Assembly (NCBI GenBank): GCA_000708835.1
Contig: DF237030.1
Coordinates: 163,907-227,906, forward strand
From: Klebsormidium nitens
Taxonomy: Eukaryota; Plantae; Klebsormidiophyceae
DNA: 64,000 nt
Direction: 5' to 3'
Both the position numbers and the translations under genes were made by a program. Under the pieces are notes generated by a model that made no database searches, had not been told where the DNA came from, and was given only the letters and a program-made list of their open reading frames with translations. Position 1 is the first letter of the stretch. The number at the start of each line of letters is the position of its first letter. Positions 54,354 to 64,000 of this stretch are shown here, piece after piece.

Positions 54354-57063
54354 AGCTACGTTGACGGCAAGATGGACCAGAGGGAGATGTACAAGACCAT
54401 ACGGAGTCACCTGTTGCGACGGGCAACGTTTATGACGGGAGTCAAAGGGGAAGCCATGGCACCGACGTTCAATACGGGGATGGACGGAAAGGTTGGGGAG
54501 ACGCTGCTCATCCGGTCACTGTACGAACCAAGCATCAGGCAAGTGCCTCTCTCTCTCGGGGTTTGAATGTATCGCTCAAGCAACTCTTATTCTCGATCGA
54601 ATATTATCGAGGATATCTCCCAATAACTCCGTCTTCTCTTGCTTTGACATAAGAATGGGCGATGGGACTGCTTTCGAGGAAAGTCTTTTCTTTATCGTCG
54701 TCGAAGGTAGCAGTTCTCCACATTCGCGCTTCTATTGTCCGTGGATTGCCGCGATGAATTCTGGATCATGCCGAGGTCAGCTCTGGTCACGTGGTAGATA
54801 CGTCGACCTTTTTATCGTGTTTGGCTACTCGACCCGCTTTCAGAAAAGTTTCCCGTTCATTCGAACACATTTTCAAGGTCGCAACTTGTGGTCCAGCCGC
54901 TCTGATTGTAGTCGTCTTTGACAACGGAGCTCTCTCGAAAAGTTTCAAAGAGTCAACACGGACCTATCTCAGAATTTATCTCGAGGTCGGCATGGGTCGA
55001 CGACGTTGTGTTGTTCTCATTGTAGTCGTTCTTGTCAAAGTAGCTTTTCGCTAATTCTGACAAACGTCCGTCGTCCTATCTTCGTGGTTTCTAGGGAGTT
55101 TTTAGAGATTCGATTTCTATCCACAGGTCGGTATGGGTCGACGACGTCGTATTACTCCGGCACCCAAACGACAGCAAGCAGTCGCTCGTGCGCAGAGTTG
55201 CGGCGCTCGAAGGAGACGAGATGCTTTCAAACGATCCTGAAGACAAACCGTTCCGGATAGAGCCCAACAGCTGCTGGGTGTTAGCGGACAACCAGGAGAC
55301 GAAACCCCCGGTTAGTTGCTATCGCCGAGCCTGATGTCCTAGTCGTGGTTCTGACATGAGTCGCCATATGTACTTTTGGATTCATGGACATCATGGCATA
55401 AAGTGGGATCTGCTTGGATACTCACTGGAGTCGCGAAGGGCCGACTTGCTTGACTGCGTGCCCATGCGGTCACACGAAAATTGTCGTACGTGTCAACTTT
55501 GACGGATGAGGAGTGGAGGACTACATAAGTGGCAGAACTGGAAAGCTGGATTCATTTTGGCAGTCCCGTTCATAAGGAACAGGTACCGCTTACTCGAGCC
55601 TCTTCATTGGCCGCTGCCGCAACGTTGGCAGTTGTTGGTTAGAGAGTTGCGGATTCCGGTGCCGAATTCGGAGCAAGTGTGTAAAGCCGGAGCTCGTCTG
55701 AACACCTCCGAAACATAACGGGCAGTAGATACACCTCCTCGAAGGGTGCCCTCTCTGTTGCACGAGGAGTTGATTGGCCACTCTTTGCAGATCCCGCTTC
55801 TTGCCTGAAATAGTTGTTTGGGTTGGGTCTTGGACCGTTTTGGAGATTGAATTTTGCATTTTCTGATGACTGGGTGAAGAACGCCGTCACTGCGACAGCA
55901 TTTCCTATCCACTTCAGGTTTCGTTTACCTCGTTCTGAAGTTGATGCGGAGAAGAGTCTGGAGACCCACGTACTTGGACCATAACCGTGCTTGTGCCCGC
56001 TTTGTGCACCGCAGGAAGTGGAAGACAGCCGGACGTTCGGCCCGCTCGCGCTTCGGAACATCGTGGGGAGGGCCATCTACTCGATGACGTCACCATCTGA
56101 CCACGGGGTTGTCAGGAACAGGTAGGAGTTCCCATCTTTTTGTTGTGTGCGGGACGTCGGGGCGTCCATTCATTTCGGCGGGATTAGCGTTTTGCCCTGA
56201 AATTTTTAAGAGTTTGGTATGCGCCCCGCAGCGCCCCTCTATTCGCTCACAGGCCAAGCAACCGAACCGAAGGGCCATCCACGCTTCCGTAATGAGGGAG
56301 GAAGTCGGAGGCGATTGATGCCATGTTGCGACATTCGGAAGGTCGTCTGGAGCGCCTCATCGAAGCCGAGCCTTTGAAGCGTCTTCTCTGAAGGATTGCG
56401 AACTCTGTTTTGGATTGTTGCGATTACTTCCGTCCAAGCAAGAATCTTGGAAGTCGATGGATATGCGTTGGAGAGGCGGATGCGTTGGTGCAAGTTCAAA
56501 GCAAGATGAGTCCAAGATCAAAGCTTCCGTCCGTGCTCCGTAACTGTTTGTGCGAGCCCCTTCAAAGCGAGCACCAGGTGCGACGAGTATTGATGAAGGC
56601 GGGAAAGAACGATCAGATCGGCTTGAGTTCAGAGACCCGTACTAGAAGCAGATTCGGACAGAATTGGTGGAACTACGCGTGTTTTTGAACACGGCTTTCC
56701 GCCGTGTTGTGCCCTATCAACCGTAATAAGTTTTAGTTCCCATCTTGTAGCAAGTTCCATCTTCTCCAATCACCTCTCAGCTCGTTAACGAATACCATCC
56801 TTCTGCTGATCCGTTCTTTTCTTTTGTACTGAGTTCAAGTGATTATCCACGCCTGTGACCTTGCTTCGCGTGACCTTTTCGTCTCTTCTAAGAAAAAGGT
56901 CAAGTAACTCTTAGACCTCTTTTTGAGAAGACGGCGTGGTAAGCTTTGGCTCACGGTTGGCTGCTCTCTTTCCAGCGACCAAGCAATGGCGGCAGACGCT
57001 CCGGTCCTGGCGTTTGAGTTGGACCTAGAAGAGATGGGCGATCGAGCGGGGAAGAACGGATAG
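54354..57063 (+). CDS. Peptidase S24/S26-like protein (plant At1g06200-type, IMP-related); 5' exon(s) not resolved
   Basis: Exons 54354-54538 (GC donor), 55127-55310, 56015-56121 and 56976-57063, phase-consistent. Motifs KGEAMAPTF..ETLLIR, VWVDDVVLLRHPND..SLVRRVAALEGDEM, CWVLADN, EDSRTFGP..IVGRAIY...DHG, AMAADAPVLAFELD. Confidence 0.82.
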
Positions 57064-58315
57064 ATCCATAGGGTTTCTCTTCGAGGTATGGCGAAGGCAA
57101 GTCACAGGTGACAGTTGTAGATACGTAGGAAAGGTGTCGGAAGGAGGAGGTGGGTATTTTTAGCTTCGGGTTAGTCGCGTCATTTTACCGGGCTTGGAGC
57201 TCCTGAGCTTGGATCCGAGGTATGTTACCGTACTGCTTTGCAGTCAGCCCATAGAATGAGGTGCGTGCAGCTTGATAATGAATAACCCAGGACACGTGTG
57301 TTCAAGGATCGAACCGTATTTGCAGCAATCGCTTGGCCGGCTTACTTGGTACTTTAACGTGGCTGTTGCACGTCCACAAGCAGATCTTGAGGTCGAACTT
57401 TTACATGCCGTTCTTACTTCCTCCCTTTGTTCGATCAGGACACAAGTTAGGTTTCTCATCCATGCATGGGAAACAGCGCGCTTCAGGGTCAATTCTATGC
57501 ATAAGATCGGGCCGCATGCATGTCCTTTACACAGTTCGTCAGAGACACGCATATGGTGACATATAAGTTGATGACATGCAAGCTACTGCTACTATCTCGA
57601 TGACTTTCTGAAATGTAGGTCGGACTTTGATTTTACATGCATACGCGTGGCCACATACATATCGACGATCCGATCGGAGATCAATCGACAATCGACAGTC
57701 AGTCGACAATCACTAATTGGTGCATGTTCAAAAGGTTTTCAACAGCTATAGACTCTGGCTATGGACTAAGGATCATCCGATCGGAGATGGTCGACTGCAC
57801 AGTATAATGATATATTGGCGCCGGCGCGCCCCTCGGCGGTTAACGACGGCCCTAAATTTATGCCGATGTGCAGCGAGGCATATTCAAACATATATCTCTG
57901 CATATCAAGAAGCTCGCCGGGGCCCTCATAAGGACTCAGGAAAGCTGCCGCAGCACGTTCAGTGTAGTACCGTACCGGCCAGCGCGCGCGGGCCCGGCGG
58001 CACGTACTTAGTGAGGCTGAATTGATAGTGCGATATCCAGCCTATTGACGCATGCTGAAACCGTCCAAGAATGTGAATCTTCTGGCGTGCAATCCCTTGA
58101 AGCCCATTGAACCGTGGATGCGACTTCTAGAGTCTCTGCCATCGAACTCGATCAATCCCGCAATGTGCCGAAAAGTTCTCGGGCACCAACAGAGCCTGCT
58201 TTCAATCCTGGTCCTAATGCCGCAAAAGCGCAGCAGCTCAGCATAAATTAGAGGTCCCCTTTCGATGACCTGGACGTACACCTGAACCTGTGCTATAGTA
58301 GCCTAGCATTAAGCT

Positions 58316-61300
58316 TCATTGATTAGTAGAATCAGTGGCAGTCCTGTTGTTACGGGCTTTTGAACACATGCAATCCGGCAGGGGGTTTGCAAATAGTGCC
58401 TCCGACCAACTTCTATCCTGCCGCCTCATTGGCGCCCCATCGCCCGCCTCCATATACGTCCACCCTCTCATCTCGTGGCTAAAGAACTCCCAAGTGTTGT
58501 TACCCAAGCTCAATGACCCCATGTCCGACCCTCCGAACTTGTTAAACCCAAAAGCGGGTGCTTTCATTGTCTTCTTATGCCCTAACCACTTTCGGTGCCC
58601 TTGCACTATCTCCCCCATCATCCCCTCAAACGTCAGCGCCGTCACATCCGCGTTTACCAACACGTGCATGTCAACGGCCGCACGTATATTACTCTTCCCG
58701 CGCATGTACGCGGCCTCTTTACTAGTCACGAGCATGTCCTTCGTAAACACATGCGGAAACATCGCATAGAACGGCGCCATTGCGCGCTTCTCGTCGTATA
58801 ACTTACCCGCGGCCATATATATCCGCGTGCTGCTATCAAATCCTAACCCCTGGAGCCACGTGCCGATCTCCTCCGGCGACGGCGGGCATTTCCCGTGATC
58901 CCGCAATTCGAAGTCCGACTTGGTCGGAACCGGCCATTCCCGCTTCCGCCGCATTTCCGCCCACCGCTCTTGTTCCTCCACGCCCCCCCAGTAGACGCAA
59001 CCCGAGTGCGCCAGCATGTCTTCTTCGAACCGCAGATGCACCGCCAGAAAGGGTCCCCGAGCGCGCTGCCGCATGCGCTTCAGGAGGTTGTTGCCAAGAT
59101 CCAAAATTGGGTCCGAAAACCTGTCACGATAAAGATCCTGAGTTACTGTATTTACGGTCGCACCTTGAATGCGAGTCATCTTAGTCTCCTCACAGTTGCC
59201 GGGCCATTGTCCTGTACTCCTTGTGCCAAGCGTTGCGCTCCATTGACTGACGCTAACAAGGAACAAGCTGAAGTCTTTGATACGTCAGCACTGCAGCAAT
59301 CTTCAATCGCCCCTCCTTTCCGGACCGATTGTCATGAGAAACTTAAACGGACCCAGATATCTGTCTTGCAAAATCTGATGAAAGTACAAATCAGGACGTC
59401 GCTTCAAGTACGTTGTTCCTCAATTTGGCATTTGGTTCGACCGGAGCCGCCAAAGTGACTGAATGGTCGACTAGACTTTCAGATCTGGACGTTCGACCCG
59501 AGATTCCACGGAATCCTTTGCCTTTTGCAGCAATCTCTAGTTTTCAAGTTGCAGTGGACGCAGGAACTTGAGAAAAGGTTACTGATGTTGATACAGAAGC
59601 CAGCGCCCGGAGAACAGCTCCAGTCACATCCCTGATTGTCGATTTTCAGTGCTCACAGCCAGATAATTAGAAAGAGATTGCGGGGTAAAGCAGAAGGGAA
59701 TCACAAGCTCAAATGACAGCTCCAGCAAATCGTTGCTATTTCACAAGCGCATTCGGGGGGTAAAGCAGACCGGAATCAACAAGCATTTTCTCACCTGAGC
59801 GCCTCAAACTTTGCGCGGCATGCGAGCTTGAGCTGCTCCGCAGAGAGCGTGTCGTCATCGAGCGACTGCCACATGCTCACGAACTGGACCACGGTGTTGT
59901 TCTGCAACCAGGGGCGGACACGTGTCACAATCTACTTTGCCCCAGTCGCGCGAGGAGTTCCTTGACTACGGAGACCGCATGGGGCGAAACTACTAGGGGA
60001 TTCTTTTGGGACACCAAGCATGTTTTGCGAATCGGGGCTTCTTTGCAGAGACTGCGTGTGGCAACACTTCAAGGGGGGATTCGGACCCCCAAACACTGTT
60101 CGCGAAGTGGATTTCTCGGACATCCTGACTGCAAGGACAATACCTGAGTAGTTCGGCAGGACGCCCGGCCGAGGACCGACTCCTTTTTAAAATCACAGAG
60201 AAGAGCAGAAAGCAACTCGAGTCAATCCTTGTTCGGAGCTGCAAAGATGCTACATCGGAATAATGGAGCGACGTCCCGTCTGAATACGATAAGCGTCGAA
60301 GATCAGAGTCGCAAGCAAGGATGTATACGTGTTCGACCAGCTCCAGAATCGACAGGCATGCCGCAAATCCAGAAGGCCGCCCCCAAGAAAGCAAAGAATT
60401 ATCTGAACAATGTCGTACCGAAACTGTTGCGGTAGCCGCAAAAGTGTCAACGGTGTCATGCGAAAAGGGATAAGCCGCCCTTCTTAACTTTCCACAGATT
60501 GGCACCCCAAGAGCGTCCGGTCGTAGATCTGCCCAAAGGCCTGACAGGGAGATTGGAAGGACGTCCCTTTACTTCCAAAAATACCTTTTAGATGCGGGAT
60601 GGCCACTTCTAAAAGTTCCGCTTCGTAGAAGTACCCACAAGCTCACCTACAAAAGAGGAAGGGCATCCGTGCAGAAGTATCAAGCTCTTCTCACCGACAC
60701 TCACCTACACAGTATGTACCTTAAACGGAACAAGCTTCTGCTTCGCAGCACAACCTACAGGCTCACCTGAAAAAGCGGAAGGGCGTCCCGCAGGTACACC
60801 TCGGGCGCGCCTTTCCAGACGCCCCAGAAGTCACGGTACCACGTCGTCTCGGCGTCTTGGAGTTCCGGCGGTAATTCCGTCACGTTGACGGTCAGGATGT
60901 CGTCTCTCAGCGTTTCCACGAAGTGAGAGATGTTGAAAATGGCCTCGAATGGACTGCAAAAGAGAAGGGTGACAATGGGAAGCGGGACGTTCCAAAACAA
61001 TGGTTCTACGAGTCCGGGACCACTTCAATTTGTGTTGGAGAGCAATCACGGTGTCGTCCTAGCTCGCACAATCTAGGAAATGATTAATGTGGCTTTTGAA
61101 TTGAAATGTTTCTGAGAAGGCTTTTGGGAACTGGCAGTTGGGCATAGCAGCGGTCACACTGCTGTCGTCTTAGAATCGTCTTACGAGGTCGGAGACGATC
61201 GATGTGGCTTCCAACGGCAGCAAGAAGTAAAAGAAGAAACAGCAGAAACAGATTCTTTTCGGGGATACATCGGCTGCATCTGAATCATTGGAAGTAAGAA

Positions 61301-63367
61301 GAGAAGACTCATCTGGAGCGTATGCTCCCAGGAATGACGGTCACGAAATCGTCTTGCACAGTGTTCATGGCGGAAAGTAGAATTGCTGCGGGCTTACGTG
61401 GATGACAGACCGGAAAATGAACAAGTAGTATGGCTCGAGTCGGGGAGGATTGGAACCGACTACGATGATGTTATCCTCTGAGAGAGCTACAGTTGACAAA
61501 CGTCGAAGACGTCCTCACAGGCTGCCAGAAAGCAGACGGGACGATAAAAACGTGCATTCTTCGCCATAAGCTTAAGGCCGGAATCTTTCATCTTGATCAG
61601 CGAACAGACTGACCGACGGTCCAAGAAGCGACGGTTCAAGAGCTGCGTCCGGTGATAGAAAAAGTGGACTCCAATTAACGCAAGAGATCGTGGACAAATA
61701 TTGAAGGGGATCAGGCGACATGGCTTGACAGGCTCGGGCCTGATATCAAAGTGGATGCTCGATGAAATGAAAAGTGACGAAACGGAATACGACTTGAAAG
61801 GAGGGCAGCGAATGTTTGGAGGCCCGCAGTGGACTACAGTGGGTCTAAGTCCTTCTAAGAATCTTCCTGATGGATCACTCCGGATGTTCGGTCGACTTCG
61901 GAGCAGGGAATGGGGAGTGTGAGCAGAAGGGTTGACCAACCATCCAGGGGGGCCTTTTCCTTATGACACTCGGACAACCAAAGCGCATATCAGTGCAGAA
62001 AGGGTCTGGAGAAGGAATCATTCGCCTTACGTGGGGTCTTTCCAGTAGGGATCGACAGTCAGCGAAGGTAGTATCATGGTCACGTTGAGCAGCCGCGCTA
62101 GGACAACCCCGTAGCACAGCTCCCAAGCTTGTTGGCCTAGTCCCCCGTCCAGGTAAAAGGAGGCATACTTCCCCATGTGAACGGGCTCTGCAGTGACAAG
62201 CGAGAGGGTGTGAACAGGCCCTGCGGTTAAAGGCAACAGGGTCTGAGTGGAGGAGAATCACTGTGTACTGAAGCTCTTGTTTTAAGGAAGAGGACTGAGA
62301 CAAACTCTTTTGATACAAGGGGGTGACAAAGATATGATAAAGGGGACGGGTGTTGTTGACGTCGTCGGAAGGTGGCGCCACAAGAAAGTGTCGCATCACA
62401 TGCTTCAAGACAAACGGATCAGTGGACGCATCATTGGTCCCTACATCCCAAAGGGCTTCCAATTGCCAGGGGGCCAAACAAGGCCTCATAAGGATCTGAA
62501 CAATTGCTCCATTGAATCAGCTGAAACCAACTTGAGGAAAAACTGCACCTTGCCTTGTCTTGGAAACATTACAAGGTTTTCCCAGACATCTGACTGGTCA
62601 AGGGCTACCACCACTGTTCAAAGAAGGAGCAATTGGGAGTTATGGCTGGAGCACCAAGTGAAACTCCGTCGTCAAACTTGAACTTTCGGGGCAGTTGTTG
62701 TTCTATATGTCGGCACCAACGATTCAAGGTCTTCCACCACTTTCAGAAGGAAGCGCAACGTGAACAGTTCGGCGAGCTGCGCGGTAGTGTGTAAGTGGTA
62801 GCCTCCAATCGGATGAGGGCTTCTCCATTCCAAAAGTGCATGATCCCACGCCCGAAAAATGCAGCCGAAGAAGTGAAGGCAGGATGAAAGAGAATGCCTC
62901 ATAACCCGATGGGTGCTATGCTAATTTGAAAGAAAGGTCGAATCTTAATTCAATTATCCCTGCATTTAGTGACCGCAGTTGAACAAACCACTTGAGAAAG
63001 GCCTCCCTGAACTGTAATCACGGCCAGGAGAGACTTGCCACTCACTGCGGTACCCGGGATCCCTTTCAAGGCAAGGCACCCATCCCTCCTCATTGATAGG
63101 ATCATCCCACAGGTCTGGCGGCGACACTATTCTCCTGTCTGCATACTTCTGACGCTGCAGATAGCGCGGCGCCTCAAGGAACCGCTTCAAAAGCGCGGCC
63201 TCCCATTGCCACAGGAATGCGGAGAGGAGCAGCAGAGCTATGACCACTCCAATTGCAATCCTAACTTTTCTCTGAGGGGTTTTGTGAGCCTGGGCTTGCT
63301 GGAAGGGCCTGGGTTTGCCAGGGGGAGTGGCAAGCAGGCCGGGCCGAGTAATGGATGGAACCATCAT
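58316..63367 (-). CDS. O-fucosyltransferase-family (GT106/DUF246) type II membrane glycosyltransferase, about 525 aa
   Basis: 5 phase-consistent exons: 63367-63046, 62187-62031, 60953-60767, 59901-59795, 59120-58316. N-terminal TM segment, WVPC, LARLLNVTMILP, W.DPTPFEAIFN..HF, CRAKFEALRF, FLAVHLRFEEDMLAHSGC, GKCP.SPEE, IYMAAG, VQGHR.WLGH.KT, NPLPDCMC. Confidence 0.9.
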
Positions 63368-64000
63368 CTCATCTGAATTATGCTGGCGCAGAATAGGGGA
63401 TCAACAAGTTTGCTATATGTGGTCCAGCTCTTGTGCAGCGTCTGGCATGATAAAGTTCCTGTTTGATTCTAGCTCTTGAAAACTTCGCCATTTTGTTGAG
63501 GGTCTAGTTCAAAAACATGTCGTCATCGTATCCATCTGCCCCGTCCACATAGAAGGGGACTTGCTCCTTGGAGGCCTATGTGTAGGACGAGAAGCAGCTC
63601 TTATTATTGTATGCTGCTACTCCATCAAGTGCCTTGCGCTACGCCTGCGCTTTCGCAGCTTTCGCAGCTTTCAAAAGTTTTTCACAACTGATGCAGTAGA
63701 ACAAGCATGACCGAAGAGAACTTCTGGCGTCGCAGCTGCAAGATTTGAACCCGCGACATGTCGAGATGATGGTGGTATGATTCTCTATGGGCCAAAAGTT
63801 CCCAACGAAGGTGCCTCCGATGACTCCGATCTCCCCGCAAGCGAACAACTAACCAAGTGATTGTTGGCATAAAATGGGCCAACCGCGGCGCGCCACGTGT
63901 CCCCTTGCCGCGAGCAACCGCCTGATGGCCGTATCGGCCAAGGGGTCCGCCGAGTTTAACCGCTTTTGGGTTTGGATCCTAGGCACTGGCCCCGGCAACC

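Noticed and set aside
56290-56690. Integrase-like relic (HSEGRLERLI) in the last intron of the S26-like gene
   Set aside because: The resemblance to the GQTER motif is too weak and no other retroelement motifs are present.

Overview
Intron-rich eukaryotic nuclear DNA. The gene content (plant-type BAM2 beta-amylase, GIF/SSXT coactivator, AS8, GT106 O-fucosyltransferase-family protein, plus the ciliary genes DRC5 and a PKD2-like channel) fits a flagellate streptophyte alga such as Klebsormidium; the organism is inferred, not searched. Manual splicing gave eight complete gene models with consistent exon phases: BAM2 (-), DRC5/TCTE1 (+), PKD2-like (+, 20 exons), EMC2 (+), eIF4E (-), GIF (+), AS8 (-) and OFT (-). 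It also gave a 5'-incomplete S26-peptidase-like gene (+), a decayed Crinkler-type NTPase gene, and small transposase-like relics. The most unusual signal is a recurrent intron architecture. In at least five genes, introns carry degenerate tandem echoes of the neighbouring exon edge together with its splice site: acceptor plus exon start upstream of the exon, exon end plus donor downstream. Up to four intact decoy acceptors precede one PKD2 exon. Nearly all echoes checked that kept a splice dinucleotide lead to a stop or frameshift; one (OFT) gives a clean 11-aa in-frame extension. Two microexons (14 and 17 nt) and two GC-AG introns are needed to close the gene models. No rRNA, credible tRNA or CRISPR array was seen.
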